Shown: one piece after another, positions 22,157 through 34,877 of the stretch | Numbering within the stretch: the stretch's first letter is position 1 | How the letters are laid out: the number at the start of each line of letters is the position of its first letter | NCBI GenBank assembly: GCA_010093815.1 | Contig: ML996567.1 | Source of the DNA: Pseudovirgaria hyperparasitica | Lineage: Eukaryota | Length of the DNA: 64,000 bases | Strand: one strand, 5' to 3' | Position numbers and translations under genes: made by a program | Notes under the pieces: model-generated | Databases searched by the model: none | Seen by the model: the letters and a program-made list of their open reading frames with translations, nothing else | What the model was told of the DNA's origin: nothing

Positions 22157-24227
22157 ATGCCCATCTGCAGGTTCTGGCAGCAGGGTAACTGCAGGAATGG
22201 AAGTGAGGGCCAGTAAATCCATAGAGGTCGCACTATGCTTACTTCGTATACAGACGACTGCAAGTTTGAGCATGCTGGCCCTGGTGGGACCCAGAATCAA
22301 AATCGCTTCAACGCTTTCAATGCCCCGTCGAATTCGGGGCGCACGTTCGGAGATCGATACCGACCTGGTAAATTCCCTATTTCAAATTTGACAGATGAGG
22401 GGTAACATTTGATGCAGGGGGTAGCAATACTAGGGATGACAATACGTAAGTAGATCCTGATTGTACCAGCACTTTGTCTCATTCACCTACAGATATGGCG
22501 TTACCGCTAGTGCTATAGAGACCGATCTCTCGAAAGAACGGCCTATTTGGCCTTTGTCGAGCTATGGACCCGGCAAAGATGCCCCTAGGCAGCTTTTTGG
22601 TGGCTTTCCAGTCGAGCAGAGTCCCGAGGAAATGCGCATGCTAGCATATGCTGCTGTTGCAAATGGGAAACCGGAAGCTGCGGTAAGCATAGCGCTTTGC
22701 ATTCAAGAAGTTATTCACTGATCATTTTGTTAGATGCAAGATGAGCGCGCACTTGCAGAACAAGTGAATGGTCAGATCCAGAAATGCTTAGGCGATCTTA
22801 ATGGAGCAGTCAAGTATGTCCTTGATGGTCGAGATGCCCATCCTAATAGACATGACGAGTGCGTATCGGGAAATACGTCAGGTATAGGCAATCAAGCCCG
22901 AAGTAATGCCTTTTCTACGGTATCTTCAACGCCCGCAACCTTTGGTCAGAATACATCAACATTTGGTCAACCTTCTGCTCCCACCCAGACGTCTGCATTC
23001 GGACAACCATCCGCGCCAGCGCAAAACACAGCTTTTGGTCGGCCATCAGCACTTGGCTCTACACCAACTTTCGGCCAACCCTCTCAGCCAGTATCTGCGT
23101 TTGGCCAGCCATCAGCACCACTTGGGAATAGCTCTGCTTTAGGGGGACAATCAGCATTTGGACAACCGTCAGCTCCAGGCTTTGGGCAGAAGTCTGCCTT
23201 CAGCCAGCCGTCACAACCTGCTTTCGGCCAGTCAGGCACATCGTCGACATTTGGACAACCCTCTCAGCCAGGACTAACGTCTGCATTCGGCCAAGTCCCA
23301 CAGCCAGGACCAACACCAGCATTCGGACAGCCTGCCTTTGGGCAGCCATCTACTCTTGGCCAAACACAATCTCAAGGCTCAAATTCAACGTTTGGTCAGG
23401 CATCACAGCCAGGTTCGACATCGACATTTGGTCAGCCCTCGCAATCCGGTTCAACACCGGCATTTGGTCAACCATCACAGCCGGGCGCAACATCAGCCTT
23501 TGGTCAGCCTTCGCAGCCAGGAGCTGCATCAGCATTCGGGCAGCCCTCGCAGACAGCAGCCGCGCCAGCGTTTGGTCAGCCATCAGCTTTTGGTAAACCA
23601 GCGTTCGGAACGCCATCTCAGCCTGCGTCGTTTGGTGGACAACTAAATACTGGCGGAAGTGCTTTTGGAAAGCCTTCTCAGCATGCATTTGGTGCATCGC
23701 CCTTCGGTGCCGGTATCAGTGGAGCTAACCAGTCACCCCATGTTGCCCAAGGAAATACCCCACAAACGTCTGCATTTGGCCAATCCGCATCGAATTTCGA
23801 TACTGCTGCCAATCGAGCCACATCCACGCAAGCAAATGCAAATGGATTTTCTACTTCTCCAGCGCAGGGGTCTACTATATTCCCGCCATCCACGGTAGAT
23901 TCAAGAACGAAAAATCAGAACGGCCTTTTGTCGTCATTCAATGGTCGACCTGTCTCTTACCAGACATGGCCTCCAAACACTGAGGGTGGATCTAAAAGGG
24001 CACAAAACAGTTTACCTTTCTATCAGCCAAATGGCAGAGACTGGGAACGGATATGGCTCACTGATATTCCGCAGCCGAATACCGCAGCAGAGCCCCAGTT
24101 GCCACCCAGTGTCGATACTGGGATTCTTACGGAGGCGTACAAGTTTGCTGTTGAAAATGGCAAATTTAAGGATGACATCATGCCGGAATATCCACCCAAG
24201 CGAGAGTGGGTCAATTTCAATGTCTGA
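22157..24227 (+). CDS. amo1: CCCH zinc-finger FG-repeat nucleoporin (Amo1/Nup42/NUPL2-like)
   Basis: Spliced N-terminus CRFWQQGNCRNGNDCKFEH (C-x7-C-x5-C-x3-H), DLSKERPIWPLSSYGP, many FGQPS repeats, C-terminal MPEYPPKREW. Introns 22203-22253, 22368-22417, 22446-22492 and 22683-22733. Confidence 0.88.
22930..23790 (+). repeat. Degenerate coding repeats (FGQPS nucleoporin FG repeats)
   Basis: More than 20 recurring TTYGGNCARCCNTC units encoding FGQPS/FGKPS. Confidence 0.9.
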
Positions 24228-25037
24228 GCATTTACTTGGCGCAATATCGCTCTCTAAATCATCTACACTGATGGTGGTGGCATTTCTCGCATTTCGTCTG
24301 GTCTAGTCACAGCTGCATAGCGAGGGCGTTTTACATGGTACATAGAATGTTGCGACTGAATTTGGAGCTGCTATAGAGGTCTGCTAATTCCTTTCAATAA
24401 TGCATGATGTAGATTAGGCGAGTGCTTGTTCATACCGAGTCATGTTTCATTTACATAAGCTCGGATTGCATTATTACTGTGTCGTTTAATGCAGTCCATC
24501 CTTCTGCTCCAGATCCATTGACATCCCCTAGCACTCCCAACCCTGCTGCGCTACATAAAACTCCTAATCCACGAAGTTCATGCGTTTCAAGCCGGGCACG
24601 AGGCTAAGGCTCTCTCTCTCCCCCTTACGCCTCTACCCTACCTAGTTAGCAAAGATAAGAAGGGCCTCGGAGACGTGCATAACACGAATGAAATACCATA
24701 CCGTTACGTAGCAAAGAGCACGGGAAGGGTTTCAGCAATGACCCGAGCCTTTCTTGCTCAACATTGCCATTGATAAACCAGCTCACGTACGGACATACAT
24801 TCAATCCGGATACCTACTAGTATGGATGCGGTGCCACTCGGCTGCAAACCAAGAAGCTAGTCCAGCAGTAACTCCGAGACCTTCTCAGAAAGTTTTTTTG
24901 TCAGCCCAGCCATGACCATTGTGGTTTTCACGCTTAATAATGTGTAATTGAGCACTATTCATTTGACTAGTATTGGTCTTTTGTTCCAGTGGTTCACTTC
25001 CGACACCATGTACATCCTCTGATCACCAGATATCAGA

Positions 25038-26938
25038 ATGTCAGCCCTCATCTTGCCCCAAACCGAAAATCATCCAGTATGTGTGCTCGGCGGCGGCGTT
25101 CTGGGACGACGTATCGCCTGTGCGTGGGCAGCCGGGGGCTATGACTGCAACATCCGTGATCCAGACGAAGAACAACGTGCGAGTGCAGTACGTTATTTTG
25201 AGACCAGCATTTCGACGTTTCTGGCGGCAGAAGGTGGCGCTTGTGGGACTGTACGTGCATACGATGACCTCGAGACGGCGGTCAAGGATGCCTGGCTTGT
25301 CATTGAGTGCTTCCCGGAACGACTCGACTTCAAAGTGAATATGTGTACAGAGCTTGAGAGGCATGCACCAAGAGACGCGATGATGTGTACAATTTCATCG
25401 AGCTATGTGTCGAGGGAGGCGCTCGAAAAGGTAGGCGACGAGACAAAGAAAGGGATTTGTAATATGCACTGGACGATGTCTCGTAAGTTCTGTCCAGTAT
25501 AGCGATGGGCTGCTGATTTCTCGTAGCTCAGAATAAGATGGTCGAACTCATGACAGATGGACAAACTGATGAACGCGTATCTTCCTTCCTTTCGCAGCGC
25601 CTGGCGGAGATTGGCTATCTACCTGTACAGGCTCGCAATGAACCGACAGGCTTTGTGATCAGTCGCATGTGGGCGGCGATCAAGCGCGAGGCACTCATGA
25701 TCGTATCTCAAGGAGTTGCAACCCCTGAGGAATTGGACTCGGTGTGGGCTGAGATGTATACAAAGAACACCGCTGGGCCTTGTAAGATGATGGACGCTGT
25801 CGGTCTAGACACTGTATCTTTCGTTGAACAGCACTATGCCAAAGAGAGAAACTTACCCACCGAGCATACCGTCGACTACCTCCAGAGATACATTGATGAA
25901 GGCAAGCTTGGTACGAAATCCAGCAAAGGTGGCTTGTATCCTCCTGGTACGGCTCAAGAGACTGCTCAGAATTCCGCTGATCACCGCGACGCGTTGCATG
26001 CTCCCACAATATACTTCCTTGATATCGGCCTTAGCAACTCGCCCAAGGACTTCTTTAACAAAGGTCGTATCCTAATGGGAGGGACCGATGGACGCCCACT
26101 CAAGACTTTAGTCGACAGGCAGCACATGCCCGATGGGATTGCGATATCACTGAACCTGGGTAAAATATTCTGGACAAGCATGGGCATACCGTCCGCGAAT
26201 GACGGTTGTGTCTATTCCACTAACCTCGATGGCTCCGACATCCAGGTTGTCGTCCCTGTTGGAAACATCCATACAGGTAAGCAAATAACAATAGACCGCG
26301 TAAACAAGAAGCTTTACTTCTGCGAACGCGAAGGTCTCCGTGTGATGCGCTGTAATGGTGATGGCTCCAACCATGAGGTCCTCGTGCAAAACGGCGACTG
26401 GCGCAACCCGGACGAGATGAAAGATCAGATGCGCTGGTGTGTTGGTATCGCTGTTTCACCATCAACAGGCCAATTCTACTGGACGCAGAAAGGCTACTCG
26501 AAGAGCAACCAAGGCAAGATCATGCGCGCTAATATCGATTTCCCTGCTGGCCAGAACGCGACAAATCGGACTGATATAGAATGTGTGTTTCAGAAACTTC
26601 CTGAATCCATCGATCTCGAATGCGATGAAGAAGGTCATATCCTATACTGGTCGGATAGAGGAGAGCTGCCGATTGGAAACTCGATCAATCGAGCGTCTTT
26701 TTCCAGGCTAAGAGCAATCACGGACCCCAGTGTAAAGAGTATGCCGGAGGAGCACTATGATTTAATCGCACGCAACATGCACGAGACGATCGGGCTAGCT
26801 GTTGATATGAAGAACAAATACATCTACTGTACGGATCTTAGTGGGACGCTGTACCGGTTCAATTTGGATGGAGGTGGCAGGAGGAAGTACTATGACGGAG
26901 AAGGGTCTTTTACTGGACTTGCCCTGATGCATGTATGA
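25038..26938 (+). CDS. 3-hydroxyacyl-CoA dehydrogenase-like protein fused to a C-terminal YWTD/LDLR-type beta-propeller
   Basis: VLGGGVLGRRIA Rossmann motif, VIECFPERL, GFVISRMWAAIKRE, GPCKMMDAVGLDT. Then propeller repeats (IFWTSMG, LYFCEREG, FYWTQKG, LYWSDRG, IYCTDL). Intron 25483-25526 joins the two ORFs in frame. Confidence 0.88.
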
Positions 26939-29665
26939 TATGTCTTGTTTCCTATACCAGATTCTCAACAATACTCTTCATTTTATTCTCCTTCTCTTCT
27001 TGGTGGTGTTCTTTATAAGAGTCCGGTCGTGAGGAGGGTGCGCTATTCAAATGGGGGAGCCCTCAACCCTGGAGAAGTCAGCAGAATTTCTATTGTAGAT
27101 TATGTGTCTATCAGGGCCACAGTGGCAATGCTCGTCTTATATTCAGATATCGCCCTGCAGATGATCATAATTTTTACCTTCCACTGTCTTTTTACGTGCT
27201 CTGGAGATCCCGTGTCAGAAGCTTAAATCTGCTATGTTTTCTGCATCAGACGGTGCATATATTGTGTATTTCTGAGTCTCTTTATAATTGTTCGCAGGGC
27301 TTCTCGCTCATACTAATCCTCCTCTTTGCTTGTCTGTACCACATGCGCCCAGATGCTCGGCCTCTGTCACAGTCGCGCTTGTCAAGTTGTGGATCAGTCG
27401 CTACGCCAAACAAGAAGTAGCAGTGAGTCTGAGAAGAAGAATCGAATATGGATGCTTCAAGCACCGTACCCATCGAACACTATGCCCAATCTATAGGAAT
27501 TCAGGGGTACGCGCTTGCCACGAGAGTAAGAGGTGGATGGAAGATAGCGAATGTATAGCAGCTGAGTGGTTGGAGAATGTTGAGTATTGGCCCTTATCAG
27601 TCACTGTTGGGTCTTCGATGAAAGTGGTCTCGCAGCCAGATGAATATAATCATGTTAAGATGTCATCGCCCGACTAACATGGACAATTTGGATTGTCAAG
27701 CCAATGCTAGCCGCGAAATAGGAAACTTCCCATACGTCGAGGATGGAATTTAAGGATTCTATTGTTTCCTATGTTTTACACGCTACCCATCAAGACAAAT
27801 GTTCTAGGCCGGCACAGTTCTCGCTCTGTACAAACTGCGCTAAGCTCGCAGGAAAGTTTCCACAAACACCACCTTCATACTATTGCACACATTCGCCCAC
27901 ACCTTGATTCAGTCTCCGAACATCGTTTAATGGCTTCCTTGAAGAATAGATATCGCCTAACATTCTTCGAAATGTGCTCCTTGCAGAGCCTTGCCCGGTT
28001 GATCCTCCACTTCTAATCTACCAATTTCAGATGCGCCTTCTTGTACTGGGAACTGGGCAAGTGCTGATGATATCAGTTTCGACTCCTGCGAAGCTTATAT
28101 TGACAAGATAGTCCTCTTCATTCGAGACGCGAATCGGGATCAGCAAAGATGGTCTAGGCCACGCCGACTCGCCGCTGCCAGCGAAGATAATTGAACCCCC
28201 CCGCTTTGATACTGTGCAGACACATAGTATTTCTCTCCAAGAATCCTGCCCAGGTCACGTTAGTACGATGAGCATAGCCACAAGATTGAAAATTGGGGAA
28301 GACTGTCACTCGACGATCCCAGTGTTCAACAGAGCATGGACCCACCCGTATGAGATCATTGATCTTGCCATTACAGCGGACCTTCTCTAGATCGGCACTG
28401 TTAGTAAGTCAAAATTTGTCCTCAGCGCGTGTTAGGCCGCCACAAAGCATAAGACGACTTACATCTAAATAGTAACATCAGCGAACCTAGGACAAACTGG
28501 TTATGGGAATCAATATTCAGGGGAAAGAAAGACGGTTTGAACTTTGACAACTCAGCCCATGGACGTATGGTAGTGGTGGGACAGTGTCTGAAGAGCACTG
28601 AGTCCGGTAACAGGCCGTACGAATGGAAAGATCTTTCATGTTGGCAACCCTGTATATTGGCTGGTCAATTTGTAAGACAGGCTGGGCCAAAATGAAATGT
28701 ATCATAGCAGTGGACTCCACCATGTTCAAGTCGCTGGCACCGAGAAGGAGTTACACAATGGAATGGGGTTACTAATGGGCATATCATCACAAGTTATGCG
28801 TGTATCGAAAAGATGCAAAGCGTACCGTCGCTGACTGTCTGATGGTCTCGATACCTCAAATCTTCAAAGACAACCCAAGTCATCGGGTACCACTCTTCTA
28901 TACTTCAACTGCGGTTTGGAAGATTTGATTTTATAATCGTAGCGTTTTTCGGCTTCGAATCAGGGGCGGACGGGGTACATAAAAGCTAAAGTATCGCCCA
29001 TTAGGCTGAGGAAGCAGATTATAGCTTTGTACTAAATCATATTAAGACTATATAAAGTATCTAGCACAACTTCGAAAACTCCCGCAGAAAAATAAGACCT
29101 CGACGGCCATTTGAATCTTGCAAGCTGTATGTAAGCTTCCGTCTATTCGTAGCGGTACCTATATATCAGCAGCTTATAAATATATTTCAATGCTTATCGA
29201 ACTATGCTCCTGTGTGAGAGTACTCTGTGCGGCCTATGGACAATCCCATATAGATTCTATTTTTCTATGCTATGTGGTGCTGCAATAAACAGCCAGTGAG
29301 CCCGGATATGTTACAGAAGTTCGTAGAAGCGTTGATCTACTATCATCAGCCTATCCCTTGACAGCGTATCTATCGAGGATACGTCACTGACACCGTACAT
29401 AAATGTCAAACACCTCGCTTGCTAGGGGGTCTGTACCACACACGGGTTTCTGCATTTTGCTAGCGCGTTAGTGAATGTTATGACTTGCGCACTCTCCCTA
29501 CCCACCCACCAAACTTTTTCTTGACCTTCAACTTTCTCCTTCGAACCACAAACTCTCCAATCATCGACAACCGGCTAATCTTCTGTTGCATCGTTTGATC
29601 ATCTCTCAATATTTCCTTGCATTCTCTACTTTGCCCACCAGTACAGCTATATCCACCGATCTACC

Positions 29666-30491
29666 ATGTCCACCTCTAGAAACCTTACTCCTGATGTTGA
29701 AGCTCTCATCGAAGTTGGTCTTAAGAGATCTGAGATCAGCACTGAGGTCCGGCATCCTGAAGTCGATAATGAAATCAATCTGGTTTGCATTGGCACCCTG
29801 AGACCATCGACAAGACTGCCCGGTGCGAAAGTCTTTGTGGACATTACAGCAGATACTTCGCTACCTCGTCACTCATACAGTATAGCACATCATGCTAACG
29901 CAATGATGTACGAGATGAAAGATGGTAGTCTCAAAGCCTTAGTACCACAGAAAATTTGGAAGGTGCGAGGAAGAGACATCCACCTAATGAACATCATCAA
30001 ACCCAGCCTCTCAAGCGACTTCCTCGAGGGAGACGCCAAACAACAGCTGGGAATACTTCTGGGTTTCTGTTTTGGGGCTCTCCAGTGGGAGCTCAAAGGC
30101 TTGGAGGGGCACTTTGACGCAAAGAAGTGCCTCTTACAAACCTACAAATTCCTTGAGATAGGAATTTTCGATAAATCTAATGCAGGCTCTGCAGAGCCTT
30201 CTGCTGCCAGCCTAGGCTTGGTATGAGCTTCAAACTCTTTCAGAGACATCACTTACTGACTACATATGATAGGATTCGGAGAATACTGCTGCTGAGTACG
30301 GTGACTCTTCGTCGGCGGACAGGGAGGAGGAGATGGCTGAGTTTGCAGCAGAAGCGCACGCCCACTTTCAAATGATGGTAGCGTCGATCGCAGATGCAGC
30401 CCATGACTTGGATGGAACTACCCAGTCCCAGGTAGCAGCACTCCTCGCTAAGCATGAAGAGGAGCTGGATGAGTTCTTGGACGGTTTGTAG
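29666..30491 (+). CDS. Hypothetical protein, paralog A (~257 aa)
   Basis: Exon 1 29666-30220, intron 30221-30272 (GTATGA...CTGAC...TAG), exon 2 30273-30491 (DSENTAAE...VAALLAKHEEELDEFLDGL*). Aligns with the 33669-34877 protein at both ends. Confidence 0.75.
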
Positions 30492-31359
30492 AGAACTCAA
30501 GCGAGTTGCTAGATGTGTAATACTACTCCCTTGAGGAGGCATAGCGTTGTGTTATCGTATCAAATAGGTATAGATCAATAGACAAGATGATATCTAAACG
30601 CCTTGTGTCATTCAACATGGCGTTATAGCTGTCATAACACTACTTTAAAGGGTTAGCCATGTTATAGTAGTAGTAAAAAACTATAAAGATCAGACCTATA
30701 GAGTATCTGCTACTGTGAGGACACCAAAGATCATAGCTATATGTACTACTAAGAGGTTTGAATCCATTGAATATCATGTAGAATGACAATCTTATATAAC
30801 ATCGAATATCTCTATAGGTGTTGATCACGCTTGAACATCCGAGGAGACAAGACCTATGGAGCATTCCCCTGTACAGTCATATTACGACTCACGCTCCTAC
30901 TAAACACTATGAAGGTTCTACCATGTGAGCTATCACAAAAAATGACGTCTGTATCTAAATTGTGATGTTCTATTGCCGACAAGAGGCACTTAGTTTTATA
31001 CCTTGATGACTAGCTTGACGATTCAGCACTGCCAGAAGGGCCAATACTTCTGTTCAATTTCACGAGTATATCAATTGTTTTGCGTGCAAGTGTTTGTGAC
31101 TCGAGTAGACTAGAGACACTCAGGTGGTATTTCGTAGCTTAGAAACACCTAAATCAAGGATCCATTACCTAGTCTGAAGATCTGTATAAGATACGGATGC
31201 ACACAAAGTGTTATGAAGTCTTATAACATTCGAGATTTGACTACATAGACAGAGAGGCTTTACTGCATCTACTAGAGGATATAGCGATTCACAATATTCC
31301 GCAGAAGGATACCTCGAGTAGATAGGAGGATATTCAAAGATTCTCCATACTATGGAAGT

Positions 31360-32596
31360 CTAGAGTATATTGCCATAGAGCTCGAGGTAGTATAGGTCCT
31401 CTAGGTCAGTGGTAGACATAGGGCTGTCGGAACTGTATGTCCTGACTGCCGGTTGAATGTTGCTGTCCTCACTTATTATGCGTCGGGACTCCATAGTCCT
31501 GATTATGGAACTATCTTCATCAACAGAATGAGGGAATATGGGTCCTGTCCAGCGGTCGTCATTGTCTTGGAGGGCGCCAGACATATGGAGGCTAGCAGGG
31601 GCGGCGTGAGGATCCGGATATGCATCATGACTAGGAGAGCAATTGGGCGGTGCAACTACTCTTGACATTTGAGAGTCTTCCGATGAATAACCTTCACATA
31701 GTCTAGCGAATTCTTCCAGCGTTTGGTCCCGCGCTTGATGTAGCAATACTGTGGCTCCTTTGCCATCGATTCCAAAGAGGATGGAATAGGCGAACAAATC
31801 GGGCACGAAACCATTCGCTTGGACTGCCCCAGCGCGCATGATCCGCTGCTTCAAACTTGTGTATCTTCTCTTCAGGTAGTCTGGCCTGTCAAGACTATCC
31901 ATGTTCCGTAAGGTCATATATGCGCCAGCGAGCCAAAAGAACACCGGGCCATTTTCTCCATCCGCCTTTTGGACAGCTTCCGCTTCTTTCTTCCACAAGG
32001 CATTAACTGTGGCAAAAACTGTTATACAGGTAAGTGCTGGCTCTGACCAGGTGAGTTGTTCATCACTTACGTATGTCCAACACAATGAATGCATCGACCA
32101 TAGCGCGCAGCAATCGTTTGACTGGTTTTTCGAATTCAAGACCTTGGTTTCCCTTTTCCCATTCTTTCAAAACCATTTCGATCTCATAAAACCTGCCCAA
32201 AGCCGTACTCAGCTTGGTTCGCTGTCCTAAATCCAAAGTCTTGAAAGCCTTGAAGCTATATCCTATGAAGTGCTTTAGCTGTTGTTGTCCTGGCGAGAAT
32301 TGCCTCATTGCCTCCGGCTCTTCGATCAACTTAATGCGCTTGACCCTTTTTACCAATCTCTCTCGTGTCATCCCCATCACTATCTGGAGAGCCTCGATAT
32401 TCATCGCCTGATCCTTTTCCGTTTGCTTTGAGGCGTGCTTGAGTACACTGAAATTGAAAGAGGAGTGAGCTTTGACTGCCTCTGCGAGGAGCTTCATAGA
32501 TTTCTTCTGAGTGATGTAGTATGCTACTTTATCATAATAAGCCGGTGGATCTACTGGAAGGTTCTGGTTCCAGAGATCGTCGGGGGGTGATGACAT
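31360..32596 (-). CDS. Hypothetical protein B (~394 aa), helical, with acidic low-complexity tail
   Basis: ORFs 32063-32623 and 31360-32139 are joined in frame by intron 32070-32019 (GTAAGT...ACAG), giving FIVLDIL|FATVNALWKK. First ATG at 32596. No family recognised. Confidence 0.7.
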
Positions 32597-33668
32597 TTCG
32601 TCGTGATTGTGGCAAGGTGACAACCTAAATGGTACCGTATAGAATCAAGCGTAGCTTCGTGAGCGGACCTCTAGGTTCTGGTGATACCTTAGAGTAAACA
32701 GACACTTGAAGATGTTTAACAGTCGCTGAAGTAGAACAACATCTTACGCAGCAAATCGCGCGGTAGATATATCCCAGAGGTCAGCCCTACAAAGCCACCT
32801 CATTCCAATCTAGCAAAGAATCGTGCCCCATACCAATGAAGTATAGCTTTTGTTATTCAATATGCTACTCTTAAAAGTAATATATGGAGTGAGACTGTAG
32901 ATCTGGAAAGAAGAGAGGACTGTGTACCCATGCCATTCGCCACATATGGACTTCAGGCAAGTGAAGCGAGCAGCAGACAAAGAAAGCGTTCTAGCAAGAA
33001 CATTCCCGTGGCGGTGTAACATAGCAAGAAATGAACTATCATGGGATTCTTCATGCGGTCATACAAAACAATGCTGACGACCTAGGAATGCCGTGTAACG
33101 TGACACATCCATACCAAGGACTTCTGGGATGACAGAGATAGGTGAGATAAGTACAAGGATATTCTTTAAGCCACAAATTAGTTCCGCGAATGACTGCTTG
33201 GAGAAGATCCATAGGTATATCAAGCCTCTACGGTTTTTCATAAAGTAATCTGGTAAAGTCACACTGAATTCGCCCGATCAGCCACAGTTCTCGATATCCC
33301 ATGGCTGTTTCTAACCCAAGCATCATGTTCGACATCACAGTCTGTGTACGCTCAAGCTATATTGTCAACTTTTATGTACACTTCTTCGATACTTTCATGG
33401 CTCCGGGCTTATACAGATAGTGTTGAGTGAGAGCTCTGTCTCTATAGCCAGGCATGTTTCAATACGATTCACTCGCAAACCGGTTCACCTGTTCATCTCA
33501 CCGCCTGCTTTTTTACTCACTCTGAATACGGTGTGCAACTGGACTTTAGGATGATTCACTTTCCGCTTGTGGCGAGAAGACTTTAAAACACGTCAACTCT
33601 ATTCTTATCATTATGTTTCAGTACACCTGACTTCTCTACGACCGCAACAGCGACTCCCTGTTCTCAAT

Positions 33669-34877
33669 ATGGATCCTTACGTTCCTATCCTGTCCGAAAG
33701 CGACTGGGATGAGTTGCGAGATACTGTGATTGATATCGATGTAAGAGACTTCCAAGGCATGTTGCTGGTATGTATTGGGAGACTCGTCGATGGCACGATT
33801 TCGGCCGGAAGCAAGGTATTTGCCAACATCTCCGAAGACAATCAGGAAAGATGCAGTTATCTCATCACACGCGGCTACCTGGTATACGAAGACGCCTTCA
33901 CCGGAATCCTCGAGCCCTTCATCATCAGCCGTGTCCGTAAGAGCGGTGGCAAGCTCCCTTTTCGAACTATAGGAATCAACGACGTTGTGGACCCGATTAT
34001 TCCTTGCAAATTCTTGGCTGCTGATATATATCACGCCGGACCCAACATGCGTGCATTGGGCTATCGCATGCTCGAGTATTATCGCTTGTGTGGAAGCGTT
34101 CGTCCAGATGTTGTTGAGATGATGGCCAAAATATACGAGACAAGGGCGCTTACGAAGCCACCTCAGTCCCCAAAGCGCCACGGAGCAAAGTATAATGTAC
34201 AGCCTCAGAAGCGGATCTCTCAGGAGCCTTCTCGCCAGCCTGAAATGACGGCAAGAGAAGTCGTGAGTATAACAAGGTCTAGAAGTGGCGATCACTGATC
34301 GTGACAGATTATCATTGATGACTCGGACGACAACAAGTCGGTGAAGCCTGAACACAATTTTCAATCCGAGCCCACGCTTCTGAGTCGTCTGCGTTCGGTA
34401 TCGTCTTTTTCCATTTCTTCATCAGTCGAGTCTGCTAACACGGAGCGCGTGTACAAGTCCGTTCGCGGTCGTCAAGCTACCCCCGGCGTCGCTCTTCGCC
34501 AGCGTGTACACATGCGAAACCATCTTCCACGATCACTGTCAGGAGTGGGTCCTCTGACCACTCGCGACCGCCAGCCAGTAACACCCGGTCGTCAGCTTCT
34601 CCCAGCACCAGTAATGAGCGATCTTGGCGTCACCACACCTCCAAATTCGCCCCCGACTGTCGAAAACTTAGGTGCCAATGGGCGACCAATGTCCAGAGTT
34701 TTACGCAGACATGTCGACAAAGCTCGCTTCGTGTATTCGGCGCATGAGACATTGAACGACGCATGTCAGCTAATCACCAGTGAGGCTCGGGTGCTTAGTC
34801 TACTTGAGCGTGGAAAGGTTGCAAGGCTCTTGGCTAAGGTGATGGGAGATGTGAGCGCAGCGCTGGAGGATCTCTGA
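33669..34877 (+). CDS. Hypothetical protein, paralog A' (~387 aa)
   Basis: Exon 1 33669-34262, intron 34263-34307 (GTGAGT...CTGAT...CAG), exon 2 34308-34877. Homologous to the 29666-30491 protein. Confidence 0.75.

Noticed and set aside
22930..23790. Regularly spaced nucleotide repeats that could suggest an array
   Set aside because: Fully explained by FG-repeat codons of the nucleoporin.
33636..34364. 242-aa antisense ORF over paralog A'
   Set aside because: The plus strand is supported by paralogy and splice signals. Nothing independent supports this frame.
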